The notes below the pieces were generated by a model that was given only the letters and a program-made list of their open reading frames with translations, was not told the origin of the DNA and did not search any database. Position numbers and translations under genes: made by a program. From NCBI GenBank assembly GCA_002256025.1, contig NKIB01012688.1, positions 1 to 64,000 of the forward strand: DNA of 64,000 nt, read 5' to 3'. This document shows, piece by piece, positions 1-13,400 of this stretch; position 1 is the stretch's first letter; each line of letters opens with the position of its first letter. The DNA is from Asterionella formosa (lineage: Eukaryota).

Positions 1-32
1 ATATATAAGACTTAACAGGAATTCGAATACCC

Positions 33-310
33 GGTACTGTGAAACTGTACCTATTACTACGCTGGTACTGTGAAACTGTAGGTTTGCCCTACCAGCATTC
101 CCTTCTTCCCCTTCTCTCATTACCCGGTCGGAACATGACGTGGCTACAGTGAAACTGTATGTATTACTACGCTGGTACTATGAAACTGTAGGTTTGCCCA
201 ACCAGCATTCCCTTCTTCCCCTTGTCTCAATACCCGGTCGGAACATGACGTGGTGGCTACAGTGAAACTGTACCTATGATTACTAAGCTGGTACTATGAA
301 ACTGTAGCTT
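33..310. repeat. Tandem repeat, ~111-bp unit, ~2.5 copies
   Basis: Unit GTGAAACTGTA..TATTACTACGCTGGTACT.TGAAACTGTAGGTTTGCCC.ACCAGCATTCCCTTCTTCCCC..TACCCGGTCGGAACATGACGTGG restarts near 38, 148 and 261; TGAAACTGTA occurs twice per unit. Confidence 0.9.
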
Positions 311-2112
311 AGCGCTACCAATCTAATGTTTATTACTGAGTATGTTGGTGCTGCATCGCATCCAATCCAGCACTTGCCCACTGTATAATCCTATAGTTGA
401 CAGACCATTATCCCTTTCTGCTTCCTTGTTCTGTTACAGTCACATTTTTCTTGACAACTTGACATTTGCACTCTATCGATAGTGCCATATATCAATTGTT
501 ATCTGGAATAGCAAATGTTCCGAGTGCTACAAGGAATGAAACAATCTTGGTTGTGAAGGGGATACCGATTGCAGATTTTTCAATCAGGAAAAACGTGTTT
601 CTATGGCGTATTTCATGTCTGTTCAAGAGACAACGGAAGAGTAAGGAACGACTCTTACTGGTTAGATACTTTGATCATAATGACAAAGGCAAGGAGAAGA
701 GACTAGATGACAGTGTCCTGGATTTTGTTCTCAACAAATTCTATGTGGTCCTAGAGTCTGGCTTGTTTAACAAAACATCATTTGAAACTTTAAGGAAATT
801 TCGGAATCATATAGGACCAGCGATGATTTTATGGAAAACTCAGCACTTTCCTCGAGATTTTAGACTACATCAGAAGGACAACAATATGCCACCAAATGCA
901 CCCATGAACTACATCCAGACTGGCAACCATGTCCTGTTTCAATATTTCCAACTCCTTACTGGATAAATGGGACAAATCACTTTCCTCCTCGACCTGTTCT
1001 TTATTTACTTTCCCAATCACTCCTACAATTTCGGAACTCTTTGGTAACAAGTCATGGAATGCTTCTTCCGGATTGGCAACCATTTCTGGAGTTGCCTTTA
1101 ATTTTGCTTTTTGCTACACTTTGGAGTGGCAAGAACATATGTGTGGGACAAGCTACACTACCATATAGTATTTAAGCTATATATATAAAGCGGTCACTTT
1201 GTGGAAAGTAGTATATGTGTGGCAATGGGGTTAGGCTGTCCTATGTAGTGCCTCTGATGTTGCCGATAAAGAGATTTCTGAAAACAATGGGATAGTACAA
1301 TGTTATTAAGCAAAGTTACGATTGTTATTTCGAACCCCCTGCTATTCAAGGTTCATGTGATGCTACTATCATTTCCTGAATGAAATGAAGCTACTTCCTG
1401 ATTAGTGATGTTGCGGCTCTAATTCTGCAGCATACAAACGTGCTCGCCAATATCTAGTCAAGGAGAATGGAAGATAAATGATGAAGGCCATGAGCAACAA
1501 ACTACGCCGCCATCTGGTCCATCTTCACTTTGATCCACATCTCATCTTGAAGAACAGATTCGAAATACGGATCGATCGATGTTCGCAATGGGCGAATTAT
1601 GATCAAAAAGTACTATCTTCTTGATTTCGGTTGGAATTGGAATCGGGTATGGCCTTCAATGCATCGTTCTCCAATTCTGTCATATAAATTGACCAAAGCT
1701 TTTGATTTCGAGTAACAAACAAACAATCAAACTTCGCCAGCATAATTCCCCATCAATATCGAGACCATATCATTCGTTATAAGACTGAGATCATCGTCGT
1801 CCCTGCAAGAAGGTAGCTCGTATGGGATTGGTCAACAAACGCACATGGCTTGTAAGAAATTCGATTACTGATATGCGAATGGAGAGATAATGACGAATAC
1901 TACCAGTACAAGAATTGGATCAAAGCATGTACCGGTAGAGCATTCAAATCGGAATGGCAACAAGGAATGCACCGTTGTTGCACAGAATTCATTCTGATAG
2001 CATTGTTGGGTACAAGGTTTACATACACGTAAGGTGATCTGTGTGAAGTCATAACCTTCACTAAAACAATAATTGATCAAAGAACAACAGCAATGGATCA
2101 ATCAAACAACGT

Positions 2113-2462
2113 ATCAATATATCAAAGCATTTGGTTAGCATATTAGTTTTGATAACTAATATATATGACTTCTATCTATGCGTAACCTGACGTGTGTAAG
2201 AAAGTAATCTGACAAACAAATTTGATTGACCACACCGACACAGTCATTGATATATCAAAATTATCATCAACATAACACAACATTTGATCAATATATCAAC
2301 AATTTTGGTTAACCGATTAGATTTGGTAACTAATATATATGAGTTCTTATATACGCATAACCTAACATGTGTATGTTACTAACCTAATGTACAAATTTCA
2401 TTGATCATACAGACACTGCCGTTGATATATCAAAATTATCATCAAAATGTCAAAATATTTGA
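2113..2462. repeat. Diverged tandem duplication, ~174-bp unit, 2 copies
   Basis: ATCAATATATCAA...TAACTAATATATATGA...TTGATATATCAAAATTATCATCAA starts at ~2113 and again at ~2287. Confidence 0.8.
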
Positions 2463-3554
2463 ATGATCAATCAGTTTTTTTAACATATGCCGAGTAAAAC
2501 GTTAGATCTAATGGAAAATCTATTCACAGATGTCCCCTAACGCTGCGGCTAAGACAATCACCTTTCGCAAAAGATGGTTGGGGACTCGCCTACCCTAACC
2601 AAACTAGGGAATTACACGGACTTGTCGACAGGCCATGCTATGAAAAAACCATATGTAACCAGGAGACTTTAGAAAACGCGTTATAAGCGATTAATCTTTT
2701 ATATGTAGATACTTAGATAGATATGGCTATCAAGTCCATCATGGTCACAGCACCTGGCTAGCAACAGGATGAAATTAGATAATATGGATACCGGTAAGTC
2801 TGGTGGTGTCTGGTAGACATATGTTGAGGATAAACGACTACAGTTAGCAGACAGTAGTATATTTAGTACTGTAATGACTGCACAGTCCTCTGCATGACTG
2901 ACAGCCATGGTGAGGAAATTTTTCATGGAACAAGAAGGTCAGTTCAGGAAAATATATGCAGGATTCGTAAATGGAATAGCAATTCCTACAGATCAAGTCC
3001 AACATGCAAGATTAACTCATAAGACTGAGACGATTGGAATTGCAAATCATATGAAATCGACCAATGAGAAAGAATGGATTGAGGTGAAGAACAAATCCAA
3101 GAAAGCAAGATTTGTGAAACAAGATCAATTTGGTAAGACCAATTAATTTGGCAGGATCGATAGAGTTTAGTAAGATTGATAGAAAAAGTAATCTGAAGTA
3201 ATCACAACGTTGAAAGAGGCAAATCTAAAAGTAGATTAAAGTGTTGTCGAACTAGTAGTACTGGACACTGGACATGTAAGTACTATCAAGGAGATCTGGA
3301 ACATCTCAACAGACATACTCAAGGATATCACATGTTTGCTTAGAATTGAGAGCAAACGATTATGTTCAGATATCTGATACTCATTATACACTGGGTGACC
3401 AGTAAAGTATATTAAAAGCTGACTAAAGCAGAACAAGGGATTGACACAATAGGGTTTACATCATTAAGCTATGACTCGGGAGATGTATAATAAAAAAAAC
3501 CTTTTTTCAACAAAATGATGCGTGCATAATGAAGGGAACCAGTCTGTTGTCAGG

Positions 3555-4475
3555 TCAAGTTTTCCGATCAAAGTATGGAAGTTTCCAACCAAAGTTTCGC
3601 CCTGAAGCGGCAACCTGGTTCCAACTCGCCAGGAGCTGTTTTTGAAATTCAGTTTCAGCCTTGAGACAATACTCTTCGGGAGCCACCCATGTTTCTTGAT
3701 AAAGTTTTTTTGATAAAGCCACAGAGTCAGGTGATCGATCTGCAATCTCGGAAGCTAGCTTTTCTGCTTCTGCCATGGGATCTTCCACACATCTGGTGAC
3801 CAACCCAATTCTGGCGCCTTCTTCTCCCACAATGACTCGTCCTGTCATTGTCAATTCCTTCGCAACATCTATTCTTACCAATTCTCGAAGGGTAACACTA
3901 GCACTCATGTCAGGAATTAGACCCCATTTGCTTTCCATTATGCTCAATTTGCAATCTGGAGTAGCTAACCGGAAGTCAGCCCCAAGCGCAATTTGCATAC
4001 CACCTCCAAAACACATTCCGTGTAATACAGCAATCACGGGTACAGGAATGGCTCTCCATAAGTATCCCACGTCTTGCGCCAAATTTCCAATTTCTTTGTC
4101 CTTTTCGCCGTATCCGGATGGGCGCTCCAACAATCGATCGCATGTTTTCTTTGGATTACTTCGCATCATCGATTGAATGTCCAAGCCGGTGCAAAAAGCT
4201 CGACCTCTGCCACTCAAAATTACAGCCCGTACACTTTTATTTGTTTTCAATTCAGAAGCCGCTTTGGCGATGGACTCAAACATGGCAAGATCCAGCGAGT
4301 TCAGCTTATCGGCACGGTTGAGTTCGACATGAGCGACTCCGTTGGAGTTGATTGAGGTAATCACACGCGCTGATGGCCCTTCGGAGGGCTTCGATGCAGT
4401 ACTATATAGATGGCAGAAGATGTCATGCCGATTAGAGACTCGAGCAACCGAGCGTAGCGAAAGGAAGAACTGCAT
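3555..4475 (-). CDS. Enoyl-CoA hydratase/isomerase (crotonase family), probable mitochondrial presequence
   Basis: Motifs LNRADKLNSL, AFCTGLDI, PVIAVLHGMCFGGGMQIALGADFR, IMESKWGLIPD; first ATG at 4475 gives an R/S-rich N-terminus MQFFLSLRSVARVSNR. Confidence 0.93.
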   Translation of the reverse strand: MQFFLSLRSVARVSNRHDIFCHLYSTASKPSEGPSARVITSINSNGVAHVELNRADKLNSLDLAMFESIAKAASELKTNKSVRAVILSGRGRAFCTGLDIQSMMRSNPKKTCDRLLERPSGYGEKDKEIGNLAQDVGYLWRAIPVPVIAVLHGMCFGGGMQIALGADFRLATPDCKLSIMESKWGLIPDMSASVTLRELVRIDVAKELTMTGRVIVGEEGARIGLVTRCVEDPMAEAEKLASEIADRSPDSVALSKKLYQETWVAPEEYCLKAETEFQKQLLASWNQVAASGRNFGWKLPYFDRKT

Positions 4476-4701
4476 AGTATACCGACAACAGTCCACAAGA
4501 AAGAACGATGGCGACTTGAACTAAATGTAATATACTAGTACACAGGAGCTGAGAAGTACCCAATTAGGAGCTATTTATACCCAATTTGGACTCCAAATTC
4601 GGATTTTGAGTTTTTTTGTTTTTCTTCTTCATGGCCGAAATCCATATTGGTTTTTTGATCCCAATTTGGCAAAAAATTAGTGAGATTATGGTTAACCTCA
4701 A

Positions 4702-7041
4702 GGCTGCGACTAGAACACAAACACTGCTAGGGTTGTAAAAACGGCAGGGAACAAGGAGTTTGCTACTATGAATTCCCCTGATTTCAGTGTCCGTTTAAAT
4801 ATTTGAATTAAATAGGAATCGGCGCCAGATTGATAGAGTTCCATTTTAAACAATCAGAAATGAAATTTAAATCTAGGTTATTGACATAAATGCTCCACCC
4901 CAAACACATTTATAAATCAGGAGTAGGCCAATATGCATGCGCATGGTTCTTGTTCAAACAAAAGAAATGATGTCATTTGTATGTTTATATTGAATCTCCG
5001 TTGCTGTATGTAGTTTCAATACTACTCTACGTCCAAAGGCATATGCCGGTATATAAATCAGTGCCGGAGTACCGTTAATGTAACTACCTGGTAAATAATC
5101 CTGTTTCATGATGATCAAAGGAGATAGGATGAAATTACCGGAATCTGGTACTACTAGTATCGATTTACATATCGGTATGCAGTACATCTAATACATGTGG
5201 TTCAAGTGTGGCTGGTGTGATTTTAGAAGACCGGGATACTTCAGCAAATCTGGAGCACCGTTGAGTAAATTCAATTCAGCCGATCAGAATATGTGTAGTG
5301 ATGCGGGAACTTAACCTGGCTGGAGTCTTTTCGGACAGAGAATTATTCAGCAAAAATACCTACGCAAGACTCTAAGTCTACGAGAACCTTTTTGCACATA
5401 CAAATTCCGATTCCAATATTTTGGTGACTGTTGAAAAAGCTGATTGGGTCAACGTTTTGGAAGAGGATTGCTCTACATCTACTGGGTTTCATGAAGAATA
5501 AAATAGATAGCCATGTACCCTATAACGTCAGGAGTTGCTTAAGGTTCCTGCATTTGAACCCCTAGCTCGAGGTAGGGTTAAAAATATAGTATAAAGTCAG
5601 AGTAGTCAAACATAGACTTCTTAGCTACGAGTAAAATGTAAATGTATATCGCTAAACAGAGCTTTCACCAATACACACCCTTTCCACATGTTTAAATACA
5701 GTCATTTATCAAAGTAGGGGTATATGTCAACGCTTTACATCGTCAGGATATAGGATCTGGCGAGAAACTGCAGAAAGGAACTTCGGTTTTTTTAACTATG
5801 CTGAAAATAGTGGATTTTACCGGGCTTACTCGTTTATTTGGCCTAGTAAAAAAGCCGAAGTTCCTTTCTGCAGTTTCTCGCCGAAAGTTAACTTCTGGGG
5901 CTATATGAAGATTACCTATGTACTTAACTCTTCTTCAAACCCGGCCAACGTTGAGCTATTGTCGTCCAAAAATTCGACAATATCGGCCTTTTCAATGGTC
6001 ACCAAAATGTCGGAATCAGAATCACTAATCGCCGAAACGTCATCATCGGAATGGTAATCTTGTGCTAAAATTTTTAGTCGCAAAATCTCGTCTATAAAAA
6101 GTTCCGATGTAATTGCCCGCTGTATAATTCATATTCTGATTGGTTATCCTTACATCCGTTCGATTGGCACGGTTTGCGAGGTCTTGCAATCCCACGCCGG
6201 CCACACTGGATGCACATGAAGCATTTTCTTGGGTGTTGGCCAAGCACCGGGTAGACCTACCTGTATACCGGTATCCGTACAGAGTAGGAATACCGAGTAC
6301 CGGGTAGACCTACCGGTACCAGGTAGCTGATCATCATTGGTCATAGTACGAGGTAGTGCACGCTTACCACTACTTTACTATCGTTAGTATGCAAATTCAA
6401 ATATCTTTCGGAGCCGCCGGGTCGTGAATGTCAAACATATTTGTTTATATGAGCATGTGTTACTATCGGTAGAAAAGCAATATATAACATTCAGCGATGT
6501 AGAATCTCTTGATACATATTTAATGCATTTGAAATGGAATCTATACACGTACGCGCAAATTCCCACTCATTTGAATATTTCAAACGGAATCATTGATATT
6601 GAAATTAGCACATAAAAGTTCTTAATTCCAGGGAATTTCGGCAACCCTAAGCAATATTTTAATTTTTGCCAAGGGGTTCAAATGCAGGAACCTTAAATTC
6701 TACAGAGAAGTGGCAGTTATCCCCCGTAGATTTTTTAAAGCTTCGTAGCCCCTTTTTACAATGCCGAGGGGGATAACTGCCACTTCTCTCCAGAAATGAG
6801 GTCCTTACCATATCTGTACATAGATTGTACCCCTAAGTCGAGCAATGGCAGTATCTAAGCATATGCAAAGTGGTCGTATTGGTGAAAGCTAATTTTACCT
6901 TTAACTTTTTTATTTTGTTGTACGTAATTTGTGGATTAAGGTACATTATTTTGGAAAGAATGGACCTCGCAATGTGTAACTGCGGTGCCGCAACCCTAGC
7001 AACATTTTCTCCAAACTAGGGAAGAGCCGAGGGCCGCAACC
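4702..7041. mobile_element. Older non-autonomous TTAA-type (Kolobok-like) element, interrupted by a nested relative
   Basis: Right end GGGCCGCAACC-TTAA (TTAA at 7042-7045); degenerate left end TCAA-GGCTGCGAC; 5403-5525 and 6945-6997 match the reverse complement of 16657-16838. Confidence 0.55.
5543..6692. mobile_element. 1150-bp non-autonomous TIR element with TTAA target duplication (Kolobok-like, GG termini)
   Basis: Perfect 21-bp TIR GGTTCCTGCATTTGAACCCCT (5543-5563 / 6672-6692), TTAA on both sides (5539-5542, 6693-6696); no transposase ORF. Confidence 0.85.
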
Positions 7042-7079
7042 TTAATGTAGATATTTCTTTAGCTTCACAGAAACACCAA

Positions 7080-7350
7080 TCTGGATCCAAATTGGTATCT
7101 ACTTTAATTTTACTACCAATTTGGGATATCTATTGTTGGCATTAGGGTTAGGGTTTGAAATGTTGCTCCCACCAATGTTGATCCAAATTGGTATCAATTT
7201 TATTATAAATACCATTTTGGAAACCAAATTGGTATCAATTTTTGGCATTAGAGTTAGGGTTTGAAATGTTGCTACCATTGTTGATCCAAATTGGTATCAA
7301 TTTTAATTTCACTACCAATTCGGTTTCCAAATTGGTATCTATTGTTGATA
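7080..7350. repeat. ~100-bp-unit repeat rich in CCAAATTGGTATC with TTAGGGTTAGGG telomere-like core
   Basis: GATCCAAATTGGTATC three times, ATTAG(G/A)GTTAGGGTTTGAAATGTTGCT twice; related sequence at 4550-4680 and, inverted, at 40345-40520. Confidence 0.8.
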
Positions 7351-7434
7351 TATCATATTAATGATACAATATTATGTGAAAATGGTCTCTACAGCTCGAT
7401 GGGCAGTAGTTTATTTAGCTAGAGTAACCTGGTA

Positions 7435-10400
7435 TCAGGACATTTCAAGAGCTTCACAAATAGCAAGTGCTTCCAATTCCTTCTCACGAAGTTGATGGCG
7501 CTCAAAAGTTATGGGACAATCGATGCAAGTACAATTCGATATCGGTGTGATGATCCCAGGGTTTGGTTTCATGATGCTGGTGCCAAACTTGCTTTCGTGC
7601 TTACTTTGGGTGCCCTGTGGCGCTTTCAAAGGGGCGAATGTACTAGAATTCTCGAAGCTGCCATTGCAGCTATTGCAAATTATGGCCTTTGCCTGGCATT
7701 CTTTTTGTGTCTTGTTGAGACGTAACATTGCCTTGCCAGCAGCAACAACGTGATGAAGCCTGCAATCACTGCAGACAACCGCCCGGGCACTTCCATGCGC
7801 TTTGCATCTAATCCCGCAAAGTGAGCAGATATCGCTGCCAAAGTACGAGGATATCATAATGTAACTACCACTTCTCGTTACTGGCCAGAAATGAATGCGC
7901 TTTCGTGGTACAGGGCATTCAGTATACCACAAATTGACATCGACGAAGTGAGGAGCAAGACCCAAGCATCGTTGGAGAGCAGTGTTCACATGTTTTGCGA
8001 TATAGTAAGCCGAATGAATGGTGTATGCATCCCACTGCTCCAGCAATTCCATTGGTGTTAGAACACAATCTCGGAGGCGAAAAGTGAGACCAGGAGTGGC
8101 CACAATAACGTACGCCAAACGTTCTTTGTGCCTGACCACGCGACCCGGATCTGCTTCAGACAATCGTCGGGCCAAGACTGCTTGGACAGGGCCAACTCGG
8201 CCACCCCGATATTGGCTTCGAACTCGACCTGTCAATATAAAATCAGTGACTGGCAAATCACCCGCATGGATTAGAGTCCACTGTCTGAAAAGGTAATCCT
8301 TCACTGCATTGATGCCATCTTGGAACATTGTGATCAGCGCATTCCGAAGCACTTTTTGAGTGAGAGCGCACTGATCCTTTCGAATAGTCTCTATTCCCTT
8401 GGCCTCAAAAACTGGATCTTTTTGTTCCTTTGACTCGTACTTCATACCACAGTATTTCTTCTTTGTTTGCATCATGGAGCCACAGTACACCTTCTCGAGC
8501 TTTAATTGAACAGGAGGGGGATTGGATGCAGTCACGGCCTCACAAAATGAGTGTCCGAAAACAAAGGCTTCTTGTACCGACCGCCCAGGCAATCTGACAA
8601 AGAGCGAATCAGTATCACCTAAACGACGTAGATTAGCAAAGCAAGGTGCCATAATAACGTCCCAGTACTGTGTCCTTACCATAAATCACTTCAGCTCCAT
8701 GCCACTGACTTTCGTGGTCTTTTCCCCATTTGTTGGCCAAATTGATGGCATTGGTTAGAGTACGTCTTGCACATTCAACAATGCTATCAGCAAGGATAGG
8801 CATAGCACAACGCCCAGAAAATGTCGCAGACGTATAGCCATACGTAACATTTGCAACATATTTGAGAGCTAGCTGTCGTGCTTCCAATTGCCTCAAAATC
8901 GCTGGCGAAAGTCCAGGAACCATTTTTTCGTACTGTTTTGCTGCCTTCTTCAGCATTGCCCGAGTACATAGCATTTCGTCGAGCACTTGCGGTAGCACTC
9001 CTTTGAGCACTGCTTCGGAAACATAAATACATCCAGTTGGAACAACATATGCGCGATCCCGTCGATATTTTTCATCAGATGTTGTAGTTGATGATGAACT
9101 ATCCAACGATTTGATGTGATGTTTAAGAACAGTCGCTGTGCGCGTCTCGGAATATTCGAAGGGCCCAAGCCGACCGTTGGTACGTCCTTCCTGGCACATT
9201 TCGGCTCGAGTGCTATGATAATTGAGTTTTCCGGCACATGTTGAGTAGCAAAGGTTATAAGCAATGATGAGGGAGGGATACAAAGCTGTGAAATCACAAA
9301 CAACAACCGGGTCATTTTGGCACCCAGACTGAGGTTCCAATGTTAAAGCCTGGCATTCCAGAGCTTCTTGTTTGCTGCTGCTATGTACCGAAGGAGAGTA
9401 GAAAAAGTAGTTGCGTTCGGAGGCATTGTGGATTGGGCCCTCTTCGTGGACACCGGTTTCATTGATACCGCGACGAACTTTCCATGGGCTTTGCGTTTGT
9501 GAAGTGCTCTCATTACTTAGACTGGACGACGCATCCTTCGATTTAACAGACTCTGGAATATTTTGATGACCTCGCTTGGAGCCGCGCTCGTCGGAACGAA
9601 TGCTTTTCAAAGCCCTAAGTAGTACCCCTTCAACCTTGTACTGAGATCCTCTGATCCCTGGGAAACTTTGAGAGAATTCGACGCCACTCAATCTAGCCGC
9701 TTCGCCAGCTCTCCCAGCCATGTCAAGAGCGTCAAAGAGAAGTAAACATGACATTGCCTGCACGAGACGATGATGAAGGACTCGCCACCTCTCTTTGCCT
9801 TTGTCAATCCCATACCATCTTGTAAGATGAAGATCATCATGAAAAGGAATCCTTTTGTTCAATACTGTGGAAACCATGGCTGGAAGATAAGAAGAATTTG
9901 GGTGCTTGACTTCTTCAGCAACAAGTTTCCACCCGGCAAATACTATTCTGCCAACCTGCACACGAAGAAAAGGTTAGATTTCGTGAATCGCCATACGAAA
10001 AGCATGACGATACAATACCTACAATCGAGGCTGCTGCTGCTCCCGCTCCAACTCTTTCATCCCAATCTGTCCCTAGTCCGCTTCCTTTCCATTCACTTTC
10101 TTGTTTCAGTGGAGGGTTTGAGCCACTATCGGATTGTTGGGGTATGAATGCTTCTCTGAGTCTTTCTTCATTATCCTTTTTCGAGTTTGGGGTTCTCCCC
10201 ATTAAACGAGCCATATCGATTTCACACCCTAATCTCCCATGGGAAGACGATAACGATCCTTCTTCGTAACCCTGTCCAAGTTTTGCACCTCGTTCGATCA
10301 TGTAACCAATACCACCCCCTTGTGTATCCCACGAAACAAGCATATCAGGATCCTTCTGGCGAACAATGGAAGCAATGCGCAAAAGGAGAAGTCTTTCACT

Positions 10401-13400
10401 TTTTGCCACTTCGACGACGAGTGGAGCTGTTGCTCCCATGGTTGATCTTGGTATCGACGATTCCATGCTACTAGCTAGGCGGGAATGATTAATGGAAGAC
10501 AACTCGGCCTCCACCGGAAGAAAGATGCAACCCCGTTCTATTATTCTGATGGCCTCGCCGCCACCTGGGTCTGACGCGAAAATATAAACGATGGCTGAAA
10601 TCCTGTCCTTGTCAGAATTAGGACGCATTGCGATTTGCTTTGAATCGTTGACACCTGCACGCCCCGTTCTGCACTGAACGTGTATTTCGATGGACATTAT
10701 CGAAAGTGGTGTGGGCATCTCCATCGCTATGCACCTTCCTTTCGGTAAAGTGGACCTTTGTTGAGTCGTAGCATGATAGTCATTTTGGGTTCCTTTTGTT
10801 TTCGCCTTCAAGCCACCACCACCTACAATATGGATTCGACCACCTTGCTGGCCGATTCCATCGAGAGCATCACTTATAACTTGGCGAGAATCAGATAAAG
10901 AATCGTTCGTGGATGACAATGACATGCTAGCAATGTCGGTATATCTAGCAAGATCTGAATGTAGGTTGGTGCTTGAATAATTGTCTAAGGGTGCCAATAC
11001 TGGCACCTTCTCATTCTCATTCAATTGCAACTTGGACCTAGTCCTAATCATTCCTTCACTCAATGAGCATTCTTCTCTTTTATTTCTTCGTCTTTGGTCA
11101 CAGATTGCCTTGTCTACTTTTCTTTTCATCGAATCCTGTTCCACCAAAACAAGCATTCTTGAATTGCCATCGAATTCCAAATCAGCATGAGTCAAGCGAT
11201 TAACTTTATTCTCTCCAATTTTCGGTTTATTCTTCTTTTTATTGAATTCACGACGTTGGTTCTTCTTACACCACGCTATCACAGACTTTCTGGGCGGAGG
11301 CAAGAACGAACTATTCCCAGCAAGCAATTCACGGATATTGCCTTGGGTGGGCAACACCGCAGAATCATCCAACACATCATCGTTCGCTCCCTTTACATTT
11401 CTGCTCAAAGCTGGGGAGCGAGATGTGCTCCATTGCCCACACATTTCTTCGATGTCATCAGATTTCTGAGAGAAATCAAATGCAGCTGCGTGCAGTGAAT
11501 CCATCGGTTGTGAGTATTTTGCTTCCTTTACCAATGGATCTTGACTTGATGACTGCCTGTTCCATTCCTCGGTGTCATTTGCCTGGTGGGAAAAGTCATG
11601 TCGTTTCATTTTGTCGGTCTGTCTCTTTAATCTGTCCTCCGTTTGAGTAGCAAGCATTGAAAGAGAATGTTCCATCGCTTGTTCACTTATTTCGTTTTCG
11701 TCATCGTAAACATCATCCTCCAATTCCACATCGTCGAATGGTGTCAAAGTTTTTGGGTTGATATAGTCCTCAAAATGCTCAAACCTAGGATCGACCAAAC
11801 CTTCTCCTCGATCCAATCTTTGGCTGAATTCTACTGCATCCTCTTCGGATTCATGATCAAGAATAAGTTGCGACTGAGATAGCAATGACGAATGAGGCAT
11901 GTCGGTGCTCGATGATTGCGATACTTGGCTCAAATTGTTGTATATCCCTGACCTCTGTGACGATCCAAGTCGCAAGTGGCCATCTCGGTAATCACCAAAT
12001 TGATCGGCTAGTGCACCCAGGGCTTCAAGGGCATCACGATCACTTTGCGAAGTCATGGTGAGATGAATTTTTGCTACGCTTTCTATGGATTGGCGATCCC
12101 GAAGCACATTGTCAACACGCAAGACGGCAGGAAGGTGGCGTTGGATGATTTGTCTCATTGCTCGTTTGAATTCTTCTTCCAGTCCAACGCTGATAGAAAA
12201 AAGGCGCTTCATTCCCATGACTGCTAGTCGAGATCCTGGAACTCCAGCATCCTTCTTGCTACTCAGAGTAAACGGGGGCAATGATTTGGTTGGACTAAGG
12301 AAATCGTCGGTAGGTGCCAAAAGTTTTGACATGCGCCGTCGCTCCTGTTTCCAGATCTCTTTCAAAGAGGGAACTGCTCTCCAGTGAATCTTTTGGCGTT
12401 CGTCTTCTTCTTCAGGCAGATCAGTCATGATATCTTTAACATTCAAGATCTGATCGACGGAAACGTCGAGCTCCACATCACAAGATGTCGCCTTTCTAGA
12501 CCAAAACTGGTCAATTTTCATTGCAGAGATAGTTTCGGATACGATACGGTTCGATTCTTGAGTGGAATTAGATGATTGCTGCATAGAAGCAATACCGTCT
12601 AGTGAAATTTCCGCCTCCGCGCTCCAGATATGTTCGTGCGATGTATTGTCATTCAAGAACAATGCTTCTCTGGGATACTCATCATTTTGACCTTTGAAAG
12701 TACGCCGACGTGCACCTGGAAGCTTCTGCCTAAGAAAACCTCCGGATAAGTGAATGTATGACATCCCTGCTAAGTTCCAGTCTTTGAAAAATTGCATCGA
12801 GAAAGGAATATGTGCTTCATAGCAATGAAATTTGAGCAGTTCATTCATTTCCTTTGGTTGCGATGGGGATGTCAAAGAATCTTGATATTGATGAGGATCC
12901 GGATGATAGCTTGTCGGCACGTCCAGTCCTCGTTCCAGCATGAGTTTGACCTTCCACCGAAGCTTGGGATCGTAATATTCTACCTTGAGAAATGGAGCAG
13001 CAGGACCGGGGCAATAGGTATAGAAGCCTCGCCCAACCATGATAGATAGCTTTCGAATAACTCGTGGAGGCTTCACGGGCAATTCTGGAAAGGAAGCTTG
13101 AATGGAAGCTTCAAGCGTGGCCTTGAGTTGAGGCAAGACTCTCTCGACACTAGTAACGCAATCCCAGTCAACATGTCCCGAATCGGTCAGATTCTCGGCG
13201 TGGGCACCTCGAATCAACGATCCATCAGGTCCTGCCAGAACAGGCCTTGCGATAAGGTATGGAAAGGCATTGTGTATATAAAGGCACGCAGATTGCATTG
13301 GTTCGAGAGCATCCCCGCGAATCAATGGCCCAAATACACGGATGAGAGGAACTCTAACCTTCAGCGAGTGCTTTCGAACTGATTCTCGATATTCTTCGGG

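Noticed and set aside
33..310. Possible CRISPR-like array
   Set aside because: The spacers are themselves repeated, the context is eukaryotic and there are no cas genes; it is a tandem repeat
466..966. 166-aa plus-strand ORF
   Set aside because: Non-ATG start, no motif, lies in decayed sequence
7141..7262. TTAGGG repeats as a real telomere
   Set aside because: Only about two units, embedded in a dispersed repeat with genes on both sides
8600..10030. Apparent frameshifts or split genes in REV3 (also AspRS, ZMAT2, HGH1, homeobox)
   Set aside because: All are resolved by canonical GT-AG introns that restore conserved motifs
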